Of a stretch of 14,938 nucleotides of DNA, positions 7,460-14,938 are shown piece after piece. The translations under genes were made by a program, and so were the position numbers. The DNA comes from Candidatus Methylomirabilales bacterium (GTDB taxonomy: Bacteria; Methylomirabilota; Methylomirabilia; Methylomirabilales; CSP1-5). How positions within the stretch are numbered: the stretch's first letter is position 1; every line of letters begins with the position of its first letter. Under the pieces are notes generated by a model, which had not been told where the DNA came from, made no database searches, and worked only from the letters and a program-made list of their open reading frames with translations. The DNA lies in assembly GCA_046758505.1 (NCBI GenBank), contig JBHIAH010000064.1, positions 1 through 14,938 of the forward strand, in the 5' to 3' direction.

Positions 7460-7472
7460 AGCTCACACCTCC

Positions 7473-10301
7473 TTAGGCCTTCCGGATCCGGCAGAGGCCC
7501 GTCTTGGTTTCCGGCATCTGGGTGACCCGGTCGTAGCCGTAATTGGTGATCGTGTTGGCCGACTCGCCGATGCCGAAGGGGACCGTCCCCTCGGGAAACT
7601 TGTGGGCGAGCGACTTCCCATGGTAGGAACCGCCCCAGTGGAAGGGGAGGAAGACGGTGTCGGGCCCTACCCGGCGGGTCACCTTGGCCTTCACCTTGAC
7701 CATGCTGGGCTCTTTATCCAGGTCCTCGGGCGACTCGATGATCATCAAATCGCCGTTCTTGATCCCGTGATCGTTGGCCAGCTTGGGATGGATCTCGCAG
7801 TACATGTCGTTCAGCTCGACGAGCCACCAGCAAGCCCGCTCGGCTGCGCCGCCCCCTTCGAACTCGACCTGCCGGCCGGTCGTCAGGATGATCGGGTACT
7901 TCTTCACCCAGTCCGGCTTCTGCATGCCTTTCCAGAGGGTCGGCACCCGGTAATGGTTCTTGACGTCATCGTAGCTCGGGTACTTGGCCACCAGGTCGGG
8001 CCGCGGGCTGTGGAGGGGTTCCCGGTGCACCGGGATCGGGTCCGGGATGTTCCAGGCCTTGAACCGGGCCCGGCCGTTTCCGTACGGGGCGAGTCCCTTG
8101 GCGATGGCGTCTTCAAATACCTTGCCGCTCAGATCAGTCTTCCAGTTCTTGAGTTGGGCATAGCCGCCGTTGATGGAGCTCTTCGGCGGGGCCGAGCCGG
8201 CTGACGCCAGCAGCGTCTTGCCGTCCGGCGCCTTGGGTCCCCAGCGGGCCCGGAAACCCATGCCCCCCTCGGCGACCGGCACCTCGATGCGGTACAGGAT
8301 GGGAGAGCCGGTGTGCTTTTTGGTCCAGCAAGGCCAGGGGAGTCCCCAGTACTCGCCGTCGACCGGGCCGCCCTCCGCCCGCTTGTTTTGTACCGTAAAG
8401 GCATGGGCCCACTTCTGCTGCCGTTTCATCCGCTCTGGGGTCTGGCCGGTCATGCCGATGGTCCGCATGCCGAGGTTCCACTCCCGGATGACATCGTCGA
8501 TGGTCTCTTCCGGAAGCTCCTTGACCTCCTTCATGCTCTTCGGCACGCCCTTCCAGTTGCCCCGCTTGCTGTGGATCAGCTTACCCTTCAGCCCGAGCCG
8601 CTCGGCGAGGTCTAAGAGGATCGCCAGGTCGGTCCGGGACTCCCAGACCGGCGGCACGATGCGGTTGCGCCACTGGATATCCCGGTTGGAGTTGGTGACG
8701 CTGGTAAACTGCTCGTACTGGGTGGCCGCCGGCAGGACATAGACCCCGTCTTTCCGGTCGGCCACCACCGGCGTGTTGGTCACAAAGGGGTCGATATCGA
8801 CGACCAGCTCGATCTTGTCCAGCGCCTTCTTGACGCGGTCCATCTCGGAGATCGAGTTCGAGCTGTGGCCCCAGAAGATCGCGGCATGGAGGTTGACGCC
8901 GCCGTTGCTCAACTCCTTGGCGTCGAACAGGACGCCCTCGTACCACCGGGCGACGGTGAAGCCCTTGCTGTTGAAGGTCTTGGGGTTGAATCGCGCCTTG
9001 ACCCAGTTGAAATCGACGTCCCAGACGTTGCTCCAGTGCTTGTACGCCTTCGCGGAGAGGCCGTAATACCCCGGCAGGGTGTTCGAGAGGACGCCGAGGT
9101 CGGTCGCCCCCTGGACGTTGTCGTGCCCCCGAAAGACGTTGGCGCCGCCCCCCCGTCTCCCCATGTTGCCCAGGATGAGCTGGAGGGTGCAGTAGGACCG
9201 GGTATTACACGTGCCGTTCGTGTGCTGGGTGCCACCCATCGCCCAGATGATGGTGCCCGGCCGGTTGTCCGCCATGGTCTTGGCGAGCCGGTAGAGGTCC
9301 TGCTTGGGGACACCGGTGATATCGGCGACGGTGTCCGGGTCGTACTTCTTGACGACGTTCTCCCACTCGTCGAACGCGTAGGTCCGGTCGTTGATCATCT
9401 TGCGGTCTTCCCAGCCATTGGCCAGGATAATGTTACAGAGCCCGTACATGAGCGCCACGTCGGTCCCCGACCGGAAGCGGTAATACTGGTTGGCGAAGGC
9501 CGACGTCTTGGTGAACCGGGGGTCGCAGACGATGACCTGGGCCCTGTTCACCTCTCTGGCGGTCAGGATATGCTGCATCGAAATCGGGTGGGACTCGGCG
9601 GCGTTCTCGCCGATGAGCAGGATGCTCCGGCTGTTCCGGATGTCGTTCATCGAGTTGGTCATCGCGCCGTAGCCCCAGACATTGGCGAGCCCCGCAACGG
9701 TGGTCGAGTGACAGATGCGGGCCTGGTGATCGATGTTATTGGAGCCCCAGAGGGCGGCAAATTTCCGGAGGGCGTACGCGGCTTCGTTGCCGTGGTGGGC
9801 CGAGCCGAGGATCATCAGCGCATCCGGGCCATACTTTTTCCGGATCGCGGTCAGCTTCTGCGTAATCTCGGACATCGCCTGGTCCCAGCTGATCCGCTTC
9901 CACTTCCCTCCCGCGAGCTTCATCGGGTAACGGAGCCGCTTCTCGCTAATCACGTGCTCGCGGCCGGCTGCCCCCTTGGAACAGAGGCTCCCCAGGTTGA
10001 TGGGGTGCTCAAACCATGGCTCGATGCTGACCCAGACCCCGTTTTGCTCTTCCCCGATGAAGCCGCACCCGACCGCGCAGTTACCGCAGATCGTCTTGAC
10101 CTGGTTCAGCTTCGGGGCCTCAGCCGCGGCTGCTTCCCGGGTCAGCGGGCCGGGCAGGGCGGAACCCGCCACCCCGGCGCCGATGCCGATCCCGGCCGCC
10201 TTCAGAAAGCCGCGGCGGTCAATCACGGGGTTTACCTTGTCGAGCCATGAGGGCGAAGCCTGGGCCTCGCTCGCTCTTACTCTCCTTAGCGTCATCCCCA
10301 T
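7473..10301 (-). CDS. fdhA: Tat-exported formate dehydrogenase alpha subunit (Mo/W-bisPGD, Cys ligand)
   Basis: 942 aa; Tat motif DRRGFLK; [4Fe-4S] motif CGNCAVGC...SLCSKG; active-site DHQARICHSTTVAGL with Cys (TGT, 9711-9713); RGHDNVQGATD; C-terminal LTTGRQVEFEGGG and YDRVTQMPETK. Confidence 0.97.
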   Translation of the reverse strand: MGMTLRRVRASEAQASPSWLDKVNPVIDRRGFLKAAGIGIGAGVAGSALPGPLTREAAAAEAPKLNQVKTICGNCAVGCGFIGEEQNGVWVSIEPWFEHPINLGSLCSKGAAGREHVISEKRLRYPMKLAGGKWKRISWDQAMSEITQKLTAIRKKYGPDALMILGSAHHGNEAAYALRKFAALWGSNNIDHQARICHSTTVAGLANVWGYGAMTNSMNDIRNSRSILLIGENAAESHPISMQHILTAREVNRAQVIVCDPRFTKTSAFANQYYRFRSGTDVALMYGLCNIILANGWEDRKMINDRTYAFDEWENVVKKYDPDTVADITGVPKQDLYRLAKTMADNRPGTIIWAMGGTQHTNGTCNTRSYCTLQLILGNMGRRGGGANVFRGHDNVQGATDLGVLSNTLPGYYGLSAKAYKHWSNVWDVDFNWVKARFNPKTFNSKGFTVARWYEGVLFDAKELSNGGVNLHAAIFWGHSSNSISEMDRVKKALDKIELVVDIDPFVTNTPVVADRKDGVYVLPAATQYEQFTSVTNSNRDIQWRNRIVPPVWESRTDLAILLDLAERLGLKGKLIHSKRGNWKGVPKSMKEVKELPEETIDDVIREWNLGMRTIGMTGQTPERMKRQQKWAHAFTVQNKRAEGGPVDGEYWGLPWPCWTKKHTGSPILYRIEVPVAEGGMGFRARWGPKAPDGKTLLASAGSAPPKSSINGGYAQLKNWKTDLSGKVFEDAIAKGLAPYGNGRARFKAWNIPDPIPVHREPLHSPRPDLVAKYPSYDDVKNHYRVPTLWKGMQKPDWVKKYPIILTTGRQVEFEGGGAAERACWWLVELNDMYCEIHPKLANDHGIKNGDLMIIESPEDLDKEPSMVKVKAKVTRRVGPDTVFLPFHWGGSYHGKSLAHKFPEGTVPFGIGESANTITNYGYDRVTQMPETKTGLCRIRKA

Positions 10302-10310
10302 AGCTCCCTC

Positions 10311-10505
10311 CTAGAGATACAGCGTCTTGTAATACTTCTCGACGTCCTCGGTGTGGCGGTAAAGGATCGGTTCCCGCCTCGAGGCCTTCCGGGGAGCGGC
10401 CGCCGCCTTCTTCCCCGTGAGTCCCAGGGCGGCCGTGACGCCGGCACCCGTCAAAAGCCCCTTCAGGAATTTCCTCCGACCACTCTCGGATCTGCTCTCA
10501 CTCAT
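10311..10505 (-). CDS. Small 'formate dehydrogenase region TAT target' peptide (TIGR02811-like)
   Basis: 64 aa; SGRRKFLK twin-arginine motif, hydrophobic stretch, C-terminal YRHTEDVEKYYKT; directly upstream of fdhA; SD GGAGG. Confidence 0.88.
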   Translation of the reverse strand: MSESRSESGRRKFLKGLLTGAGVTAALGLTGKKAAAAPRKASRREPILYRHTEDVEKYYKTLYL

Positions 10506-10527
10506 AAACCTCCCCCTTTCCTTCGCC

Positions 10528-10779
10528 TCAACTGATACAGGTCAGGGAGCTGCATACACCGGAACCGTCATCGAGACCCGCGTGTTCGAACTCCACGAGG
10601 TATCCCTCTTGGAGATCTTCGAAGCTGCCGCCCTGGGTCCCCATGGTCTCTTCCTCGGCGACTTCAATCGTGAGGTCCTCGGGAAACCTCAGCGTTACCT
10701 CCTTTCCGTCCGACGTTTCGATAACGGCCGTGCGGCTGAGCCGGTCCAGTTTTTTCACGGTCCCTTCGTTCAAGCACAT
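10528..10779 (-). CDS. Small acidic hypothetical protein, predicted beta-barrel (OB-fold-like), Cys at both ends
   Basis: 83 aa from ATG 10779 (preceded by GGAAAGGGGGTG): MCLNEGTVKKLDRLSRTAVIETSDGKEVTLRF...FEDLQEGYLVEFEH...GVCSSLTCIS; ends 22 bp before the Tat peptide. Upstream ATG 10848 lacks an SD. Confidence 0.8.
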   Translation of the reverse strand: MCLNEGTVKKLDRLSRTAVIETSDGKEVTLRFPEDLTIEVAEEETMGTQGGSFEDLQEGYLVEFEHAGLDDGSGVCSSLTCIS

Positions 10780-10921
10780 CACCCCCTTTCCGAAAGACCT
10801 GTGCCCGTTTAAGGTTGAGTGCCAAAACTCTGTTTGATTTGTGGACATTCATGAGAGGACACTTCCTCTCGTACTGCCCCCGGCCAGGACCTTTCACCTG
10901 ATTTTCATCATGCGGAACGCT

Positions 10922-10987
10922 AACTTACGGCAGGATTTGAGGTTGTGTCAAGGTCAAAGATAGCTGAAACCCTATCCCCCCTGTCAA
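10922..10987 (-). promoter_or_regulatory. Tandem sigma70-type promoters for the fdh structural operon
   Basis: TTGACA(10951-10946)-18 bp-TAAGTT(10927-10922) and TTGACA(10987-10982)-19 bp-TATCTT(10962-10957), the latter preceded by an A7 tract. Confidence 0.6.
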
Positions 10988-10995
10988 GTATTTTT

Positions 10996-11766
10996 TTAGT
11001 CCCCCTCTTCCTGAGGGGAGGAGGAGGGGGGCTCTTCCTCCGGGTCCTCCGCCGTCTCGGGCGTAAACAGGGGGCCCTTGAAGCTCGACTCTTTCACTTG
11101 AATCAGATGCTTAGGCGTCTCCGACCCCCAATCGGCGAGGAGTTCGCCCTCTAACTCGACGAACCCCCGGACCATCTTCCCTATTCCCCGGTAAAATGTC
11201 CCCGCTAGCTTTTCCACGTCCTGACCGAACCGGGGAGCCCAGCGGCTCAGATGCGCCTTCACAAAATCCCCCTGCAGATTGAGCCAGCGGGCCTCCTCGT
11301 CGGGATTGACTGCGGCCTCCTGCCGCAGGATGAGTTGGCGCATGATCTCGCACGTGAAGGCGATGTGGTCCTCCGGCTCCGGCCACTCCTCGCGCTTCTC
11401 GAGCCCCACCCGGCGCATGAAGTTCCGGATCAAAACCAGGGGGGCGCCGAAGAGCCGGCCGGTCAGATAAAAAGATTCGCAGGGGGTGATCTGGGGGACG
11501 CCCGGCCCCACGAAGAGGGGGGTGAACTCCTCGGCCACCGTCGCCGCCAGGGCGGTGGGCTTCTCCCGATCCTGCTTGATGAAGTGGCCCACTGCGTGCC
11601 ACCCTTCTCCCAGGAGCGGATGGAGAGCCGCCGCCGCCTCGATCCGGGCCTCCAGGTTCTGACCGAGCAGGATCAACAGCGCTGCCGGTGGTTCCCGCAG
11701 GAACAGTGCGGAGAAGAGTTCGTAGTACTCCCGGCGGAACTTGGAGAGCTCCCGGTCGCCGATCAC
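10996..11766 (-). CDS. TorD/DmsD-family redox enzyme maturation chaperone
   Basis: 256 aa; FRREYYELFSALFLREP, EEFTPLFVGPG, PCESFY, EPEDHI signature, HLSRWAPRF, FYRGIG. GTG start overlaps the upstream TGA (GTGA). Confidence 0.93.
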   Translation of the reverse strand: MIGDRELSKFRREYYELFSALFLREPPAALLILLGQNLEARIEAAAALHPLLGEGWHAVGHFIKQDREKPTALAATVAEEFTPLFVGPGVPQITPCESFYLTGRLFGAPLVLIRNFMRRVGLEKREEWPEPEDHIAFTCEIMRQLILRQEAAVNPDEEARWLNLQGDFVKAHLSRWAPRFGQDVEKLAGTFYRGIGKMVRGFVELEGELLADWGSETPKHLIQVKESSFKGPLFTPETAEDPEEEPPSSSPQEEGD

Positions 11767-13880
11767 GGCTCCCACCCCTTCTGCATTTCCAACATGGCCT
11801 TGATGGCTCGGCAATCCGGGCACATGAGCAATAAATCCGCCCGGCCCTCGAGGAAGGCCTCCATCATCCCGACCTTCGCCTGAATGGCGGAGAGGGCCCT
11901 TTTGTTGATGTACTGTTTCCCGCACTGGAGACAGCCCACCATTTCATCCTGGACCATCACCTGGTAGGCGAAGGCCGCCTTTTCCAGGATGAGATCCCGG
12001 TGGAGGGTGATGACATTTTCCGGGCAGGCTTGCTCGCACATCCCGCAGGCAACACAACTCATGTACCGGAACTCGAGGGTGTGCTTCTCGTCATCCAGCT
12101 TGAAGGCATGGACCGGGCAGACATTGACGCAGGACCGGCACATGGTGCATCCCTCGGCCCGCACATCGGCCCAGGCGAAGGGAAAGGGGACACGCTCCCT
12201 GACCCGCCCCAGGTCCTTCCCCGTGCCGGAGAGGAAGGTTGCGATCGCGTCGGCGACGATCTCGCGGTTCTCCACCTTGTCGGAAAACTCTCCGTCCCAC
12301 GTCAGGGGGAAGGGGGAGACCTCCGCGGTAAAACGTCCCAGCGCGGAGAGGACCTCGGAGGCGTCCTCCTCCGTGGTGAAGAGGCGAATCCGGTCTCCAC
12401 CCAGACCGAAACTCTCCAAAACCAATGTGGCGAACTCCAGCTTCTCGAAGAGGAGCTGCCGCTCGCCGTGGGGGCAGTCCTCGCATCCGAGCAGGGCGAG
12501 GCCGGCTGCCCCCAAACGGAAGGCCGCGAGCATGGTGGCCTCGGAGACGTAGCGGAGGCACGGAGCCTCGATCGGCAGTAGGTTCGCCGGGAGCTTCACG
12601 CCCCAGGCGCGGGCGTTTTGCAGGGCGGCACGCCCCTGATTGCCACAGTGCAGGGCGAGGACCGGCCGCTCCTCCTCCCCGCCGTTTACGGGGGCGAGGA
12701 GCGCCCGCATCTTCCGATAGACAAAGCGGGGGGAGGGCTCGGCAAAGGCGAGCGCCGAGGTGGGGCAGGCAGAGGTGCAGGCCCCACACCCCTCACAACT
12801 CACCGGCTCGACCCTGACCCGGGAAGGGGACGCCACCGGGTCCCGCTGGATCGCGTCGTACGGGCAGGACCCGATGCAGATGCCGCACCCCTTGAAATCG
12901 GCGTACCCGCCGGCGCAGGTCCCGATGTTGTACTTCACGAATTCTGGCTTTCTGAAGTCGCCGATCAGCGCCATGACGTCGAAGGCGATCCGATCCACGT
13001 CCTCCGGCCGGACCGTGGGGACGTGGTGGATACCGGGACGGCGGTGGCGGGGTGGAAGCGCATGGCTCCCCAAGAAGATCACCTGATCCGCCTCGACCGT
13101 CTGGCGGTCCTGCCGGGGGATCTTGATGGCCTGGACCGCTCCGCACTCGGTGAGGCAATCCCCACACCGATCGCATTTGGAGTCAATGAGGCGAAGGCCC
13201 GTCGTGATGGCCTGGGTATGGCAGACCGGCACACAGCGCATGCAGGAGACACACCGGTCGAGGTCGATGGCCTGCGCCCGTTCCACCAGGATCTTGAATT
13301 CCCCGAGTTGCCCGTGGACCTCGGTCACCCGTCCTCGGTTGACCTCGCAGGGGAGCGGCGACGGGAGAAGGGTGTCGAAGGCCTCGGAGGTTTCTTCGAG
13401 GAGGAGGGTCACCTTGGCGTGGGCGGCGAGCCGCCGGGCGAGCGGAAAGGCGACCGGCGTGTCGGCCGTGATAAAGATCAGGTCCCCGGCCCTGACCGGC
13501 AGTTCCGGCATCTGCTGGTGGGCCTCGGCGGTCTCCAGGCTTGCCCTGAGCAGCCGCGCCGCCTTTCCGTTGGCCGCCCCATCTCCCTCGTGGACCCAGA
13601 AACATTCCTCCTTCAGATTGAGGAGGTGGATCTGCTCCGGCTGAAATCCGATAGTGGAAAGCTCGTGGAGGAAAAATTCCCGCGGGCCACAGCAGCCGAT
13701 GAGGAGGTGGTCGTACTTCTCCTTCTGGGCCTGATACTTGAGCGGGTGGATGTCGTCCAGTCGAAGCCGGGAGTAGAGCTGCGGCTTGGCCGAAAGGTTC
13801 AGAGATCGCGTGAGGGCCCTGAGGTCAAGGGGGAGAGAACGGTTACAGTCGCAGAGAAAGATGCCGACCTTCTCGGCCAT
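11763..13880 (-). CDS. Multi-Fe-S protein: HdrA-like N-terminus + ferredoxin domains + MvhD/FlpD-like domain
   Basis: 705 aa from ATG 13880 (SD GGAG); KVGIFLCDC...IGCCGP...LNLKEECFWVH; six ferredoxin-type CxxCxxCxxxC motifs (one irregular); LHCG...EAPCLRYVS...AAFRLGAAGLALLGCEDCPHG; terminal CLQC...CPDC. Confidence 0.9.
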   Translation of the reverse strand: MAEKVGIFLCDCNRSLPLDLRALTRSLNLSAKPQLYSRLRLDDIHPLKYQAQKEKYDHLLIGCCGPREFFLHELSTIGFQPEQIHLLNLKEECFWVHEGDGAANGKAARLLRASLETAEAHQQMPELPVRAGDLIFITADTPVAFPLARRLAAHAKVTLLLEETSEAFDTLLPSPLPCEVNRGRVTEVHGQLGEFKILVERAQAIDLDRCVSCMRCVPVCHTQAITTGLRLIDSKCDRCGDCLTECGAVQAIKIPRQDRQTVEADQVIFLGSHALPPRHRRPGIHHVPTVRPEDVDRIAFDVMALIGDFRKPEFVKYNIGTCAGGYADFKGCGICIGSCPYDAIQRDPVASPSRVRVEPVSCEGCGACTSACPTSALAFAEPSPRFVYRKMRALLAPVNGGEEERPVLALHCGNQGRAALQNARAWGVKLPANLLPIEAPCLRYVSEATMLAAFRLGAAGLALLGCEDCPHGERQLLFEKLEFATLVLESFGLGGDRIRLFTTEEDASEVLSALGRFTAEVSPFPLTWDGEFSDKVENREIVADAIATFLSGTGKDLGRVRERVPFPFAWADVRAEGCTMCRSCVNVCPVHAFKLDDEKHTLEFRYMSCVACGMCEQACPENVITLHRDLILEKAAFAYQVMVQDEMVGCLQCGKQYINKRALSAIQAKVGMMEAFLEGRADLLLMCPDCRAIKAMLEMQKGWEP

Positions 13881-13939
13881 GGGGTCTCTCCGTCGAGACG
13901 CGTGGGAGGCGGGTCGAAGGGCCGTTACTGGCTTTTTGT

Positions 13940-13969
13940 ACGGTAGGCGGTCGGTGGAGTCCCTGTCAA
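13940..13969 (-). promoter_or_regulatory. sigma70-type promoter for the Fe-S protein/torD pair
   Basis: TTGACA(13969-13964)-18 bp-TACCGT(13945-13940) in a 124-bp intergenic gap. Confidence 0.55.
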
Positions 13970-14004
13970 GGGGAAATGAGGTCTCGGGTCGGGCAGGAAC
14001 TGCG

Positions 14005-14469
14005 TCACCCCTCCTCGATAGCTTCATCTTCAAGGGAGCCGGCCTCTTCCCGGAAGAGCTTCTCGAGGGCGTCGCCCACGAAGGCGTGGTACCCCTCGTC
14101 ATCGAAAAAGGACGTGTCCCCGCGGTGTTGTCGCTCCGCATCTTCCTCGCGGGATGCCATTTCGACCGCCTCTGCGATCCCTGTCACGATCGCCCAGGCT
14201 GATTGCAACTCGAGCGGTTGGGGAACGTAGGTGCGCCAGGCCCGCTGCCAGATCGCTTTATAGGGACCCCGCTCCTCGAAGTCGGTGATCCATTTGGCCT
14301 CCTGGAGGAGAGCCTCTCCCTTCTTACCGCTCTTGAGCACGCCTTCGAGATCCGCCCAGAGCTGTTCCACGAGGTGCCGCAGATACGCCTCATGGACGGC
14401 ATCCATGAACTCCTTGCCCTTGCGCCGCCCCCGCTTCTTTTTGCCCTTTGTTCGTCCTTCGTCCGCCAT
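14005..14469 (-). CDS. Hypothetical helical protein with a basic N-terminus and acidic C-terminus
   Basis: 154 aa from ATG 14469 (GAGGA upstream; GTG 14481 overlapping the maoC stop is an alternative); protein-like composition; fills the gap between neighbours. Confidence 0.8.
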   Translation of the reverse strand: MADEGRTKGKKKRGRRKGKEFMDAVHEAYLRHLVEQLWADLEGVLKSGKKGEALLQEAKWITDFEERGPYKAIWQRAWRTYVPQPLELQSAWAIVTGIAEAVEMASREEDAERQHRGDTSFFDDEGYHAFVGDALEKLFREEAGSLEDEAIEEG

Positions 14470-14477
14470 CCGAATCC

Positions 14478-14938
14478 TCACGGCGTGGCGGGGCCCGCAC
14501 CCCGCCTGTAGAGGAGGACCTTACGTCGAAACGTCAGGATTGTCTCGCCGCGTTGGTTGAATGCCCGCGTCTCCACGTACACCACCCCGCGGTCTGGCTT
14601 GCCCTTGGACGGCCACGTATCGAGGACCGTGCTTTCGGCGTACAGCGTGTCCCCGTAAAAGGTCGGCCCAAGATGCTTGACCGCCTCGTATTCCAAATTG
14701 GCGATGGCCCGGAGGCTGATGTCCCTGACGCTCATCCCGACCGCCACCGAGAAGACCAGCAGGCCGTTCACCAGGCGTTGCCCGTGCTGGGTCTGGGCCG
14801 CGTAATGGGCGTCGATGTGCAGGGGGGTTGTGGTCAGGGTGAGACAGGAGAACCACATGTCGTCCGCCTCGGTGATCGTCCGCCCCGGGAAGTGCTTGTA
14901 GGTCCGCCCCTTTTCCAGATCCTCGAAGTAGTGGCCGC
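14478..14938 (-). CDS. MaoC-family (hotdog-fold) dehydratase, start just beyond the right edge
   Basis: ...GHYFEDLEKGRTYKHFPGRTITEADDMWFSCLTLTTTPLHIDAHYAAQTQHGQRLVNG...IANLEYEAVKHLGPTFYGDTLYAESTVL...RGVVYVETRAFNQRGE. Confidence 0.93.
   Translation of the reverse strand, partial: GHYFEDLEKGRTYKHFPGRTITEADDMWFSCLTLTTTPLHIDAHYAAQTQHGQRLVNGLLVFSVAVGMSVRDISLRAIANLEYEAVKHLGPTFYGDTLYAESTVLDTWPSKGKPDRGVVYVETRAFNQRGETILTFRRKVLLYRRGAGPATP

Noticed and set aside
8865..10250. 461-aa plus-strand ORF
   Set aside because: Antisense shadow of fdhA.
10506..10530. Sec readthrough of the TGA ending the Cys-capped small protein
   Set aside because: The TGA is followed by a purine-rich RBS tract with no SECIS-like hairpin, and the next gene starts 22 bp later.
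10937..10951. FNR-like box TTGA...TCAA in the fdh promoter
   Set aside because: Spacing is N7 rather than N6, and it is already explained by the -35 hexamer.
11767..11925. N-terminal extension of the TorD ORF
   Set aside because: Overlaps the 3' end of the Fe-S gene; the coupled GTG at 11766 is more plausible.
12618..13946. 442-aa plus-strand ORF
   Set aside because: Antisense shadow of the Fe-S protein gene.
13881..14141. 87-codon N-terminal extension of the Fe-S ORF, and a Moco-riboswitch-like GCCTCCC...GGAGAG
   Set aside because: The extension overlaps the upstream gene and a promoter candidate; the predicted leader of about 50 nt is too short for a Moco riboswitch.
1..14938. CRISPR arrays, transposases, integrases, rRNA
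   Set aside because: No regularly spaced direct repeats or mobile-element/rRNA signatures seen by eye.

Overview
High-GC bacterial window; every credible gene lies on the minus strand. In transcription order (right to left): MaoC-family dehydratase (5' end off window), a charged hypothetical protein, a 705-aa multi-Fe-S protein with HdrA-like, ferredoxin and MvhD-like segments, a TorD/DmsD chaperone, an 83-aa Cys-capped small protein, a small twin-arginine 'FDH-region Tat target' peptide, a Tat-exported Mo/W-bisPGD formate dehydrogenase alpha subunit (Cys-type), a 4x[4Fe-4S] beta subunit, an NrfD/PsrC-family membrane anchor, fdhD, a Crp/Fnr regulator, a SatP/YaaH carboxylate channel, an orphan membrane protein, and selB (runs off the left edge; missed by the ORF track). 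Most notable: (1) an NrfD-type anchor replaces the usual cytochrome b FdhC/FdnI; (2) the HdrA-MvhD-like protein lacks the FAD-binding GxGxxG motif; (3) a near-identical 16-bp Crp-family-like operator sits upstream of both the regulator and satP; (4) the Cys-type FDH has a SECIS-position hairpin and lies near selB; (5) a strong hairpin separates fdhAB from the anchor gene. All assignments come from motif recognition by eye; no searches or folding were run.
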